Below are positions 46,738 to 56,934 of a stretch of 64,000 nt of DNA, piece after piece. Position numbers and translations under genes: made by a program. The notes under the pieces were generated by a model, which was not told the DNA's origin, ran no database searches, and was given only the letters and a program-made list of their open reading frames with translations. The DNA is from Alkalispirochaeta sp. (GTDB taxonomy: Bacteria; Spirochaetota; Spirochaetia; DSM-27196; Alkalispirochaetaceae), in assembly GCA_965601925.1 (NCBI GenBank), contig OZ271854.1, positions 1,088,001 through 1,152,000 of the forward strand, read 5' to 3'. Position 1 is the stretch's first letter; each line of letters begins with the position of its first letter.

Positions 46738-48311
46738 TGTTGACGCTCAAGCTGGCTACCCGGAACCTCCTGCGCCATCGGGGACGGAGCCTCGTGATCG
46801 GATCCATCCTCTTCTTGGGCGCTCTCCTCATGATCGTTGGGAGCAGCGTTGTGGCCGGCGCTCGGGTCGGGCTGGAAGAGAACGTGGTGGAGCGCTTCAC
46901 CGGCCACCTCGTACTGGTATCGCCGCATCAGCGAGAGAGGAGCGTCTTCTTCTCCGAACGGACCCTCCGGATGATTCCCGACTATCCCGCAGTCGCACAG
47001 GTGCTCGGCGGCCTCGACTTCTTGGAGGGCTATCTGCCGATGATGCGGGGAACGGCCCTCGTCTTAAGCGAAAACAGCCCCACCGAACCGATACTCGCCT
47101 TCGGTGTCAACTTCCAGGACTACCAAGAACGCTTCGGTCACAACGTCGTCGCCATAGAGGGTCGGCTTCTGGAAAACGGTGAACGGGGCTTCCTCCTCTC
47201 CGAGGCGACGCGGCAAAGAATTCTCGAGAACCACAACGTCTGGATGGCGCCCGAGGGGGCGACTTCGGTGGTGCACGGCAGCGACGATGCTTCAGTACCG
47301 ACGGCGACGACACTCGGGGAGCGTGCCGGGACAGACCGCATTCCCCGCGGCCCGTCGGCGCCGGGCGGTGCAATCCCGGTTGTCAACGAGCTGGTGCTGA
47401 TGGGGCTCTCCAGCGACTCCCTGGAATCGGATATCCGGCTAACGGTTACCGGCATCGTGCGTTTCGAACGAATGGACACCCTCTGGGAAGGGGTCAGCTT
47501 CATGGATATCGAGTCCTACCGCGAGTGCTTCGGCCACGTGACCGCCGCCGCCCGGTCGATGGAGCTTACCGATACTCAGACGACGCTTCTCGGGGCCGCC
47601 GCGCCGGAGGATCTCTTCGGCGGAAGTCTCATTATGGAGAGTCCGGCCACGGCGGAGGAGTACAGGGAGGGCGCATTGCGCGCTCAGACGGAGCGCAGCG
47701 ACCGGCCTCTCGATCTGGACGACGGCGCCTGGGGGCTGATATCGGTACGCCTCCGAGAGGGACTCTCTGTGGAGGAGGGGCGGGCGCTCCTCAGGGAACG
47801 GCTTAATCGAGCAGGTATCGATCTCCAGGTGCTGCCATGGAGCGACGCGGCCGAAGAGGTAGCGCGTTTCGCCCTCATCACCCAGAACGCTCTTTCGGCC
47901 TTCATCTTCTGCCTCTTCCTCGTGGCGGCAATCGTTATCATGAACACCCTCTCCATGGCTGCTGCGGAGCGTACGACCGAGATCGGTACCATCCGGGCGA
48001 TCGGTGGAAGAAGGGGGTTTGTCGGCCGACTCTTCCTCGCCGAGACCTCCCTGCTCGCCGCGCTCTTCGGTGGCGGCGGCATGGTCGTCGGTTCGGTCCT
48101 CATGCTGATCCTCGCCCGTCTCGGCATCGACACCACCACGACGCCGATGACGACCCTCCTCTTCGGCGGCGACACCTTTCGACCCGTCGTGGGCGGCGAT
48201 CAGTTGGCCGCGGGAGCGCTCAGGCTGGCATTGGTCACGATCGTCGCCATGATCTATCCGGTCGTGCTGGCCCGGCGCGTCACGCCTTTGGACGCCGTTG
48301 CACGAGATTAG
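46734..48311 (+). CDS. FtsX-like (LolC/E-type) ABC permease
   Basis: 'LATRNLLRHRGRS', large periplasmic region, 'ERTTEIGTIRAIG'. Confidence 0.88.
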   Translation: MMLTLKLATRNLLRHRGRSLVIGSILFLGALLMIVGSSVVAGARVGLEENVVERFTGHLVLVSPHQRERSVFFSERTLRMIPDYPAVAQVLGGLDFLEGYLPMMRGTALVLSENSPTEPILAFGVNFQDYQERFGHNVVAIEGRLLENGERGFLLSEATRQRILENHNVWMAPEGATSVVHGSDDASVPTATTLGERAGTDRIPRGPSAPGGAIPVVNELVLMGLSSDSLESDIRLTVTGIVRFERMDTLWEGVSFMDIESYRECFGHVTAAARSMELTDTQTTLLGAAAPEDLFGGSLIMESPATAEEYREGALRAQTERSDRPLDLDDGAWGLISVRLREGLSVEEGRALLRERLNRAGIDLQVLPWSDAAEEVARFALITQNALSAFIFCLFLVAAIVIMNTLSMAAAERTTEIGTIRAIGGRRGFVGRLFLAETSLLAALFGGGGMVVGSVLMLILARLGIDTTTTPMTTLLFGGDTFRPVVGGDQLAAGALRLALVTIVAMIYPVVLARRVTPLDAVARD

Positions 48312-48320
48312 GAGCGAGCT

Positions 48321-49655
48321 ATGAATCCGGTATCGACCATTGGGCTACGAAATCTGACACGACAGAAACGACGCAACCTCTTTCTCGGCGCCGGCATCGC
48401 CATCGGGATGGCACTGCTCGTCCTCTCCGGAGCCTTTACCCGCGGTATCTCGGACATCCTCCTCAACCGTATCGTGGTCAAGATCGCCGGCCATCTGGTG
48501 ATCTCATCCGTCGAACGGTCCGAGGGGAGAGAGGATCTCGCCATCCTGCGGAATAGAACCGAGATCGAACGGATCGCGCGCTTCTCCCTATACAATGTGC
48601 GGGAGGTTCGGGAACAAATCCTCCTCTCCGGCCGTGCCTTGGGCAACGGCCGCGCCGAGTCGGTGGCAATCGTCGGTACGGACCCCTTCGGCAGCCTCAT
48701 CCGGGAGGCGGAGGTGGTGGAGGGAAGCGTCGATCAGATGGCGAGTGCTACCTGGGAGAACCCGGTTGTGCTCTACGAAGAGATGGCCGAGGATCTGGCG
48801 GTCGGCCTCTTGGACGTGATCCGCGTACGCTTCTCCACAGTCTACGGCCAGGCCCAGACCGCACGGTTCACCGTCGTTGCCGTTATCGAATCGACCAACC
48901 CTTTCTTGGACCTGGCGATCTACGCGCCCATAGACGTTCTGCGCCCCTTGGCGGGCTTCGAGGCCGACGAGACCCAGGCGCTGAGCGTCGTCCTGGATCG
49001 CGTCCGCCATCCGCGGGAGGTCTCGGCCGCGGCCGATCGTATCCACTCCGCTCTGAGCCGCCACCCGGAGGAGTCCGTCGGTCGGCTTCTCGAGCGTACC
49101 GCCACACCGGAGGAGTTAGCGCAGAAACATCGCAGTCTCGACGGTTCCGCGTGGCGGGGCAGAGTGACCGACGTCAACTCCATTTACGAGATCGCCGGGG
49201 AGCTGCTCCAGATCGAACGAGTCTTGGACAGAGTCTCCTTGGTCGCGGTCGGCCTGCTCCTCGTCATCGTGCTTATCGGCGTGGTGAACACCCTACGTAT
49301 GACCATCCGTGAACGGACCCGGGAGATCGGCACACTGCGGGCGATCGGGATGCAGCGGGCCGACCTGCTGCGGAGCTTTGTTGTCGAGATCCTGGCCCTC
49401 ACGCTTGTTGCGGGAGTCGCCGGAGCGATAGCCGCCCATCTCGCTATGGCCCTCCTCGGGCGTATCGCGGTGGCTGCAGCCGAAAGCACCTTATCGGTCT
49501 TTCTGGTTGACGACCGTCTTCACTTCGTGCCGACGGCCTCGGACATCGTAAAGAACCTCGCGATCGTTGTAGTCGCCTGCTTTCCCGCGGCCTATTTCCC
49601 GGCCCGGCGCGCCGCGCGACTCTCGGTGACCGCAGCCTTGGGCCACCACGAATAA
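48321..49655 (+). CDS. FtsX-like (LolC/E-type) ABC permease
   Basis: 'RNLTRQKRR', 'ERTREIGTLRAIG', 'PARRAARL'. Confidence 0.88.
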   Translation: MNPVSTIGLRNLTRQKRRNLFLGAGIAIGMALLVLSGAFTRGISDILLNRIVVKIAGHLVISSVERSEGREDLAILRNRTEIERIARFSLYNVREVREQILLSGRALGNGRAESVAIVGTDPFGSLIREAEVVEGSVDQMASATWENPVVLYEEMAEDLAVGLLDVIRVRFSTVYGQAQTARFTVVAVIESTNPFLDLAIYAPIDVLRPLAGFEADETQALSVVLDRVRHPREVSAAADRIHSALSRHPEESVGRLLERTATPEELAQKHRSLDGSAWRGRVTDVNSIYEIAGELLQIERVLDRVSLVAVGLLLVIVLIGVVNTLRMTIRERTREIGTLRAIGMQRADLLRSFVVEILALTLVAGVAGAIAAHLAMALLGRIAVAAAESTLSVFLVDDRLHFVPTASDIVKNLAIVVVACFPAAYFPARRAARLSVTAALGHHE

Positions 49656-49665
49656 GGAGATATCA

Positions 49666-50463
49666 ATGAAGAAAACACCTTTGAACGCACTCATTCGAGT
49701 ACTGTCGCTTCTCGCCGCCCTCGGCGGCGTCGCGGTGAACCGCGTCGACGCCGATCCGTCCGTCAACGACATCTTGAGTCGCATGGACCGGCAGTACGAC
49801 ATCCGAAGCGACCTGACGGTTCGGATGAGCCTCACCGAACAGAGGCCCGAGGAGGGTGTCCGGCTCTTCGAGGGCATCTACTACCGCCGAGACAGCGACG
49901 ACGCCTTTCTGCTGGTGATGGTTGAACCCGAGGCGGAGCGGGGCAACGGCTACCTCAGGGTCGGCGAGAATATGTGGCTCTACCGGCGAAACACCCGCAC
50001 CTTTCAGATCATGCACCGCGATCAGGCGATCGGCGGCACCGGCGCCAACGCCGAGGATTTCGAGAAGCGCAAGATGACCGAGCTCTACGAGCCGATTCTC
50101 GACGACTCGGGAGGGGAGCTTATCCGAGAGGAGACCCTCGGCCGGGCGCAGATTCCCGTCTACCGCCTCGAGATCCGGGCGTCGGTACGCGACGTCGAGT
50201 ACCCGCGACTCGTTCTCTGGGTACGAAGAGACAACTTCCTTCTCCTCAAGGAGGAGGCCTACTCCCTCTCGGGCACCCTCATGGAGACGAGTTATTACCC
50301 GCGCTACACCGAAGTGGAGGGGAGTTATATCCCCCTTCAGATGGTCTTCGTCGACGAGTTCGACGTGGGTGAACGGACCGTCGTAGAGCTCTCCGGAGTC
50401 TCTCTCGAAGCGATTGACGACGCGGTCTTTACCACCGCCTACCTCGAGAGCCTGAGCAAGTAG
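49666..50463 (+). CDS. outer membrane lipoprotein-sorting (LolA-like) protein
   Basis: Signal peptide; 'P..E.GNGYLR...NMWLY', 'GT....EDF', 'D.VFT.AYLE'. Confidence 0.8.
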   Translation: MKKTPLNALIRVLSLLAALGGVAVNRVDADPSVNDILSRMDRQYDIRSDLTVRMSLTEQRPEEGVRLFEGIYYRRDSDDAFLLVMVEPEAERGNGYLRVGENMWLYRRNTRTFQIMHRDQAIGGTGANAEDFEKRKMTELYEPILDDSGGELIREETLGRAQIPVYRLEIRASVRDVEYPRLVLWVRRDNFLLLKEEAYSLSGTLMETSYYPRYTEVEGSYIPLQMVFVDEFDVGERTVVELSGVSLEAIDDAVFTTAYLESLSK

Positions 50464-51858
50464 GTGAGAGGGATGGAGAGAGCGCAAAGGGTCGCACCGG
50501 TATGGGCTTTGTGGATCCTCTGGACCCCCATCATCATCTCGGCCCAGGAGATCTCCTTCGATGAGGATGAGCTCTTCTCCGAGCCTGGGAGCACCGTAGA
50601 GCTGGAAGAACAACCGGTACGGGAGATCACCGAAGCGTTGCGGGAGGAGTCGATCTCCTTCTCCGGTGGGATCTCCGCGGCGACCGGGATGGATCTTACC
50701 CGAAAAGCGGTCGACGGCTCCGAGAACCTCGCCCAAAGCCCCTACTCGGCGACGGTGGAGTGGGACCTCCTTTTGGATATTCGTACCGGCGGCGACACAA
50801 AGGCGTTTGCCGACCTGCTGGTCCTCTCGACGCCGATACGTGACGGCGCTGCAGGGTCCGACGGCACGGGAGACGGCTCAGACGCCGATGCGCCGTCCGT
50901 CGTGAGTACCTCGGCCGAAAGCTTCGAGTTGGACCTGCGGGAGGCCTTCGTCGACCTAAACATCGCTCGCCGAGTCTTTTTCAAGTTCGGCAAGCAGACC
51001 CTGAAATGGGGACCGGCCTACTTCTGGAACCCGACCGACCTTGTCAGCGAAGATCGCCGAGAGCTTACCGACTTGGACGGGCGGCGGGAGGGAACATTCG
51101 GACTCAAGGCGCACATACCCTTCGGTACACGGTTTAACCTCTTTGGATTTATCAATGCCGACGGCGCCGAGGAAGTCGGTGAGATCGCCTTGGCAGGTAG
51201 AGCCCAGCTCCTCATTGCCCAACGGGTGGAAGCGGGTCTCTCGGGCTGGTACCGGGAACGTTCACTGCCGGTCTACGGCCTCGATCTTCGTACTCGCCTG
51301 CGGGAGATCGATCTCTGGGGGGAGATGAGCCTCTCCTATGGGGACAACCGCCCGCGTCTCGAGGTCGGCGAGGAGGATGTTATGGGGACACCGACTCCCA
51401 TCTTCGATGAGCGACGGGTGCGAGAAGAGTGGGTCTCCCGGGCGAGTGTCGGTATCGGTCGCAGCTTCGATATCGGTGATGTCAACGACCGCCTCCGCCT
51501 TATCGGGGAGTTCTTCTACAACGGAGGGGGATACACCGAGGATCTCTTCGAAGATGAAGCGACCCGCCTGGCGTTCCTTGGCGGCGACTTCTACGAGCCC
51601 GGATTCTACGGCCGGTACTACGTAGGGCTCTTCTCCGGCTATCGTAGGTTTTTCCACCCCGATATGACGCTCGTCTTCAACGGGGTCGGTAACCTTACCG
51701 ACCGCTCCTTCGCCCTCTCGGCCGGCATCGACTACGAGATCGTCGCAAACGCCTCGGTAGGCCTGCGCGTCGACGGCTATTTGGGAGAGGAGAACCGGGA
51801 GTATACGGCGGCAGGGAGCGTGGCGAGGGTTACCGCCACGGTCAATCTCTCGTACTAA
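50464..51858 (+). CDS. putative outer-membrane beta-barrel protein
   Basis: 'LREAFVD', 'GKQTLKWG...FWNPTD', alternating strands, terminal aromatic residue; start may be 50473. Confidence 0.65.
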   Translation: MRGMERAQRVAPVWALWILWTPIIISAQEISFDEDELFSEPGSTVELEEQPVREITEALREESISFSGGISAATGMDLTRKAVDGSENLAQSPYSATVEWDLLLDIRTGGDTKAFADLLVLSTPIRDGAAGSDGTGDGSDADAPSVVSTSAESFELDLREAFVDLNIARRVFFKFGKQTLKWGPAYFWNPTDLVSEDRRELTDLDGRREGTFGLKAHIPFGTRFNLFGFINADGAEEVGEIALAGRAQLLIAQRVEAGLSGWYRERSLPVYGLDLRTRLREIDLWGEMSLSYGDNRPRLEVGEEDVMGTPTPIFDERRVREEWVSRASVGIGRSFDIGDVNDRLRLIGEFFYNGGGYTEDLFEDEATRLAFLGGDFYEPGFYGRYYVGLFSGYRRFFHPDMTLVFNGVGNLTDRSFALSAGIDYEIVANASVGLRVDGYLGEENREYTAAGSVARVTATVNLSY

Positions 51859-51877
51859 GGATAAAGGAGACCGGAAC

Positions 51878-52990
51878 ATGGAAAGAGGAACAATGGAATC
51901 GATCGGAGGAGCAATCGCCCCCGGTTCAGATAGAGCGCAACCCGGACGAATACTCTACCTCGATCTCGCCCGAGGGCTGGCGGTACTTTTCATGGTGCTT
52001 CAGCACGTGCAAATCGTCTACGGCCGCGGCGGCGGCGAGGAGACCCTCATCGGCGTCGCATCGCTTCTCTTGGGTACCGCTCCGGCGGCGCCGGTCTTCA
52101 TGCTTATCATGGGCCTCTTCTTTGCCAACTCCCGGCGCGCGGGGCTGCGAACCGGCGTGGTCCGAGGCGTCAGGCTCTTCCTTTTCGGCTACCTACTCAA
52201 CGTCCTCCGCTTTACCCTTCCCGGCCTGGTCACCGGGGGACGCGGCGGGATTTATGAGGAGTGGGGAACTCCGTGGGAGCTCTTTCTCTCGGTGGACATC
52301 TTCCATCTGGCAGGTCTCTCCCTTATCGGCCTGGGAGTGGTTAAACGCTTCCTCCCGTGGCGATGGGCACGTATGGCGCTTGCCGTAGCCATTCTGGTCG
52401 CTTCCCCGTTTCTTTGGGGCGCCGGCGGCGATTCGATTTTACTCTCGTCTCTCTGGGGCGTCTGGGAGAACGTCTACTTCCCCCTCTTTCCGTGGTTCGT
52501 CTATCCCGTCTGTGGAATGATTCTGGCCGATTTTCTGCCCGGAAAGATAGGAGACACCGGTGGGACCGGCGACGGAGCGCGAGTCCGCTTGCTTCGCAGA
52601 TGGGGATGGGCGCTCCTCGGCGTCGGCCTGCTCTCGCTCCTGCTGCCGGACCGGGGCGTCTTTGTGATCGGCGACTACTTTCGAAGCGGTGCCGGAGTGC
52701 ACGTCGCTATCCTCGGCTTTGTGCTGCTCTGGCTTCTCCTCTGCAGGCGAATCGCTCGGCAAGCCCCGACGGCGGCTCCACTGCGACTTGCCTACTCTTG
52801 GAGCCGGTGGGTCACCGAAATCTACACCGCTCAGTGGGTCATTATCGGTTGGGGCGCCCTCGTAATCGGCTATGCGACCTTGCCGGAACAGGTCGCCTTC
52901 GTCGTAGGATTGGTAATACTGGCGATGAGTCACGGCCTCGCCATCGGCTACGGGGCCGTACGGGGTCGCTTGCGAAGGACCACCGTGTAA
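51878..52990 (+). CDS. heparan-alpha-glucosaminide N-acetyltransferase-like (DUF1624) membrane acyltransferase
   Basis: 'RILYLDLARGLAVLFMVLQH', 'PAAPVFMLIMG', 'VDIFHLAG', 'FPLFPW'. Confidence 0.8.
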   Translation: MERGTMESIGGAIAPGSDRAQPGRILYLDLARGLAVLFMVLQHVQIVYGRGGGEETLIGVASLLLGTAPAAPVFMLIMGLFFANSRRAGLRTGVVRGVRLFLFGYLLNVLRFTLPGLVTGGRGGIYEEWGTPWELFLSVDIFHLAGLSLIGLGVVKRFLPWRWARMALAVAILVASPFLWGAGGDSILLSSLWGVWENVYFPLFPWFVYPVCGMILADFLPGKIGDTGGTGDGARVRLLRRWGWALLGVGLLSLLLPDRGVFVIGDYFRSGAGVHVAILGFVLLWLLLCRRIARQAPTAAPLRLAYSWSRWVTEIYTAQWVIIGWGALVIGYATLPEQVAFVVGLVILAMSHGLAIGYGAVRGRLRRTTV

Positions 52991-53724
52991 TGAACCGCTT
53001 CCACCTCCTCTTGGCGGCGCCCCTCTTCTGCTCCGTTTTGACGCTCTCCGTCGCCGAGCCGCCGGCCACTGCAGCTCCGGAGACTGCGGTTGCCCCTCTC
53101 TGGCGGCTCGCGGTGGCGATCGCAGAAGAGAATCGATTCTGGGTACCCGGGGAGATTCACACGCTAACCGAGGAGGCGGGGCGCCGGGGCACTACGGACA
53201 CCGCCACGGAGTTCGTAACCCGGCTGCTTCTTTTGGAAGACGGCGACATTCGGGAGGAGACCTTTCGAATCGTCGACAGCCGCGAGGTACCCTACGTCGA
53301 AGAGCACGGCGAGGAGGATTGGACAGGCGAGCCGTGGGAAGGCGTCGATTTTTGGAATCCGACCGTTCAGGAGCGGATCGAGGTCACCGGCGTCGGCGAT
53401 ATCACCACAGTGGTAGGGAGGCGCTGCCTTCCCCACGCATTTGTCTACCGCAACGAGGAAGAGGGGTTCACGATGCGCGGCACCGCCTGGCTCGATGAGA
53501 CCACCGGCACGCCGACTCTTGCGGAGTATACCGACGAGCCGCTCCCCCGGGGTGTCTCCGAGATGAGTACCGTCGTCACCTACTACGCCGCACGCGACGC
53601 GTGGTATCCCCGATCGGTGACGGTCGAAGGTGTCGCCCAGGTGCTTTTCATCAAGAGAGACTTCCGCATCGAAATGAACTTCCGCGACTACTGGGAGTAT
53701 CCGACCGGGGGCGACGCGCGGTAG
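52990..53724 (+). CDS. hypothetical secreted protein
   Basis: TAATG overlap with upstream stop; signal-peptide-like N-terminus; beta-rich acidic body. Confidence 0.65.
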   Translation: MNRFHLLLAAPLFCSVLTLSVAEPPATAAPETAVAPLWRLAVAIAEENRFWVPGEIHTLTEEAGRRGTTDTATEFVTRLLLLEDGDIREETFRIVDSREVPYVEEHGEEDWTGEPWEGVDFWNPTVQERIEVTGVGDITTVVGRRCLPHAFVYRNEEEGFTMRGTAWLDETTGTPTLAEYTDEPLPRGVSEMSTVVTYYAARDAWYPRSVTVEGVAQVLFIKRDFRIEMNFRDYWEYPTGGDAR

Positions 53725-53752
53725 CGGCGACCGATGCGTCGACGTCGCCGGC

Positions 53753-53781
53753 CGAGGGCGAGGGCGAGGGCGAGGGCGAGG
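53753..53781. repeat. (CGAGGG)x4.8 simple tandem repeat
   Basis: Directly visible, intergenic. Confidence 0.8.
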
Positions 53782-53875
53782 CACGCGAACGGCCGTCCAT
53801 TCGGTGTGAAAAAAGCAACTTTTGCATGGTCCGGGACGGCATGAGCCGGTACGATACCATATTGGAGGCGTCCAC

Positions 53876-54373
53876 GTGAGCAAATACAACACCAAACAGG
53901 AGCTTGTCGACGACATCGTCAAGGAGCGAGCCAAACTCGATACTCTGCTGACGGCTATCCCGGAGAGCCGCAAAACCGATGAGGTGACTGACGGAATGAG
54001 CGTGAAAGACTTTCTCGCCCATCGGACCGAATGGGGTCGCATGATGATTCGTTGGTACACCAAGGCCAAAGGGGGAGTCACACCGGCCGTTCCGTCGGAA
54101 AAGTACAAGTGGAATCAACTCAAGGGACTCAACGCCGAGATCTACGAGCAATTCAAAGACGTGCCGCTCGAAGAGATAACGGAACAGTACAACGCGGTAC
54201 ACGACGAGCTCTTTGCACTGATTCAGACGACCACGGACGAGGAGCTATTCTCCAAGAAGTACTACGCGTTTACCGGCACCTCGGATTTGGCGTCCTACTT
54301 CAACTCGGCAACCGTAGCGCATTACAGGTCTGCGGCAAAGTACATCCGCGCATGGTGGAAAACTCAGACGTAG
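53876..54373 (+). CDS. ClbS/DfsB family four-helix bundle protein (DUF1706)
   Basis: 'TKQEL', 'VKDFLAH..EW.RMM..WY', 'YKWNQL..LN', 'ELF....Y', 'SAT..HY'; RBS GGAGG. Confidence 0.8.
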   Translation: MSKYNTKQELVDDIVKERAKLDTLLTAIPESRKTDEVTDGMSVKDFLAHRTEWGRMMIRWYTKAKGGVTPAVPSEKYKWNQLKGLNAEIYEQFKDVPLEEITEQYNAVHDELFALIQTTTDEELFSKKYYAFTGTSDLASYFNSATVAHYRSAAKYIRAWWKTQT

Positions 54374-54573
54374 TCGACGGTCGACGCCGGGGTGGGACCG
54401 GGTGCGAGGCGGTAGCGAGCCTCGCCTACGATCGAAGTTTTTGAACGCGCTGCACGGCGCTACGCGCCTCGAGCGCTCTCCCGCTCAGACGGCGAGTGTA
54501 GCTCGCCTCGAAGCAGCTCTCCGCACGACTCCCGGCGTGCCGGCGAGGTGACGGTGACGGCCTCGCCCGCCGC

Positions 54574-55893
54574 TTATCCGGCCGCCGCGTCCGGCCGGCC
54601 GTCTTCGGCGTAGTACGTCGATAATCTACCGTACGCGCGTGAACGCATCGCCCCCAGCGTCACCACCAACCCTATCGCGCCCGCTACGATGAAGATTAAC
54701 GCCATCCCCCGTACGGGCCCGGTACCGAACCAGGGGCCGATCGAGTCCGCTCCGAAACCGGTGGTCATGAACGGAATCACCCAAAACTCGGCGACGGGCC
54801 CGATCAAAAAAGCCGTTATCGGCGAGGCGGCGGTCTCCACCGCCTGGGCAAACCCGAAGACGCGGCCCTGCACCTCAAACGGGACGACCTTCTGGATGAT
54901 CGTCTGTTCCGCCGCCTCGACCGCCGGGATGAGGCACATGTAGATAAGGAAACCGACGATGAGCAGCGGGATCGACGAGCGAATCGGGAAGAGTATCGTA
55001 ACGACCCACAGAACGATGTTCGAAACAAAGAGTACGCGTAGCGGAGAGCTCCCCAAACCGCGCCGTGCGACGACCAGCCCACCGACGATGAACCCGAAGC
55101 TCAGCGCGCCCCATATGATTCCCCACGCCTCGACGGTGACCAGCTCCAATCCGTACGGATCGACGAGGGACATGAAGATGCCGCCGAGAAAGTTATTGAA
55201 GGTCGAGAAGAAGATGAGACCGAAGAGTCCGGGCACGACGGCGATCGCCGCTGCCGCTCCTCTCACGTCGATCGCCGGCTCCTTCACCACGGACTCACGC
55301 TTCGGGGTATTCTCAGGTATAGAAACGGTCAACAGGTGAACGAACGCCGCCGCGATGAAGGCGACCGAGATGCCGAGAGCCCACAGCATGCCGAGGCGCC
55401 CGACGACCAAACCGCTGAAGACGGAGGTCACCGCAAAGGATACACCGTTTGCCGTACCGATGAGACCGTTGGCCCGGTCGTGCTCCGGCTCGGGAACCAA
55501 AAGCGTCACACAGGTCGATAGGGCGATCATACGCATGTTTCCGACGACCGCGCCGCATAAGATGATGACCACAAAGATCCAGAAACGGGGGCTTGCAAGC
55601 ACAAGAATGCTTCCCTCGGGGGAGACGAGAAACAGGAGCGTCGCCGCGCCGAACGCCGCGCAGGAGACGAGACTTGCGACGAGCATGACGAACTTCTTTT
55701 TGTGTCGATCGACAAAGGTACCGAAGACGAGGCCGGAGGCGGCGGATAACAACATAAACGAACCGCCGATGATCGACGTCGCCAGAACCGATCTGGTCTC
55801 CAAATACGCCCAGAAGGTGACGGCAAACCACAGAAAGTTCGTCGTGACGCTCGCGATTCCGGTGTTGATGAGGAGCCTATAGAACGGTTTCAC
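54574..55893 (-). CDS. MFS transporter (DHA3-like efflux)
   Basis: 12 TMs; 'GTFVDRHKKK', 'QKVVP...QGRVFG'. Confidence 0.88.
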   Translation of the reverse strand: MKPFYRLLINTGIASVTTNFLWFAVTFWAYLETRSVLATSIIGGSFMLLSAASGLVFGTFVDRHKKKFVMLVASLVSCAAFGAATLLFLVSPEGSILVLASPRFWIFVVIILCGAVVGNMRMIALSTCVTLLVPEPEHDRANGLIGTANGVSFAVTSVFSGLVVGRLGMLWALGISVAFIAAAFVHLLTVSIPENTPKRESVVKEPAIDVRGAAAAIAVVPGLFGLIFFSTFNNFLGGIFMSLVDPYGLELVTVEAWGIIWGALSFGFIVGGLVVARRGLGSSPLRVLFVSNIVLWVVTILFPIRSSIPLLIVGFLIYMCLIPAVEAAEQTIIQKVVPFEVQGRVFGFAQAVETAASPITAFLIGPVAEFWVIPFMTTGFGADSIGPWFGTGPVRGMALIFIVAGAIGLVVTLGAMRSRAYGRLSTYYAEDGRPDAAAG

Positions 55894-55902
55894 GATCTCT
55901 CC

Positions 55903-56739
55903 TTAGTCGACGAACGCCGCACGGTGCTCCCACACCCATTGGGCGAATGTCCGAGCGGGTTTACCGGTAACCTCTTCTACCGTCGAGAGCACGACGTCCC
56001 CGGGGATCGGCGGATTCTCGATCATTGCAAGGAAGAAGTCGATATCCTCCGCGGACCAGCCGCCGCGACTCCACCTCAAGACCATCTCGTCTCGGGAGAG
56101 CTCGACAAACGATATCTCGCGACCGAGCACCTGCTTGAATATACGCACCTTATCGATCGGAGTGAGCGCCTGAGGACCGGTGAGCCGGTACTCGCTCCCA
56201 CCGTGGCCGCTCGAGGTTAGGACCGTCGCAGCGACCGATGCGATATCGGCCTCGTGGACGCACGCACTTTTTCCGTCGGCGAAACCCTCGCGTACCTCGC
56301 CCTCGCGTCTAATCGATTCGGCCCACTCCAACGAGTTGGCCATGAACTCCACGGGCGATAGGTAGGTCCACTCCACGCCGCTCGCCTCGACCGCGAGATC
56401 GAGCGGTGTCTTTTCCACCTCGCCTCGCAGGCGCGTCACCGTGCGTACGCCGGCTCTCTCCGCACATTCCATAATCGCGGGCCCGTTCGCGAGGGGCGCA
56501 TAGCCGTCTCCAAAGCCGATGAGGTGGGCCGCGGCCACTCCGTCAAAGACTCCGGCGATACTGTCCGTGTCGCCGAGGTTGCCTTGGACGACTTCAACCT
56601 CGGCGGGAAGATTCGCTCCGGCGGGGTCGCGTGTGAGAGCCCTGACCCGCCGGCCCGCCGCCAACAAGTAAGCGACAATGTGGCGACCGACCGTACCCGT
56701 GGCGCCGGTCACCAAGACAATCTCTGAATCGCGCTGCAT
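55903..56739 (-). CDS. NAD(P)H-binding NmrA-like protein
   Basis: 'LVTGATGTVG', 'FMAN.L.W', 'HEADIA', 'LTGPQAL'. Confidence 0.88.
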   Translation of the reverse strand: MQRDSEIVLVTGATGTVGRHIVAYLLAAGRRVRALTRDPAGANLPAEVEVVQGNLGDTDSIAGVFDGVAAAHLIGFGDGYAPLANGPAIMECAERAGVRTVTRLRGEVEKTPLDLAVEASGVEWTYLSPVEFMANSLEWAESIRREGEVREGFADGKSACVHEADIASVAATVLTSSGHGGSEYRLTGPQALTPIDKVRIFKQVLGREISFVELSRDEMVLRWSRGGWSAEDIDFFLAMIENPPIPGDVVLSTVEEVTGKPARTFAQWVWEHRAAFVD

Positions 56740-56934
56740 CTGTTCTCCTCCTCACAGAGTCACCACCACGCGCTACCGTGCCCACTCACGCGGCAGGCGC
56801 GCAATCTATGGAGAGAGGATACGGGCCAATCAGGACACTATTGGCCCTATATACAAAAAAACAAATCGGATGCGGTATCCCGAGTCCGGCAGAATCACGA
56901 TCCCTCGGGCATGGACGAACCGTTCCCGAAAGCC

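Noticed and set aside
52357..52989. N-terminal 211 aa of the 455-aa ORF 52357-53724
   Set aside because: Out-of-frame overlap with the DUF1624 gene; the credible start is the ATG at 52990.
53753..53781. (CGAGGG)n as a phase-variation tract
   Set aside because: Short, intergenic, a multiple of three and not clearly within a promoter spacer.
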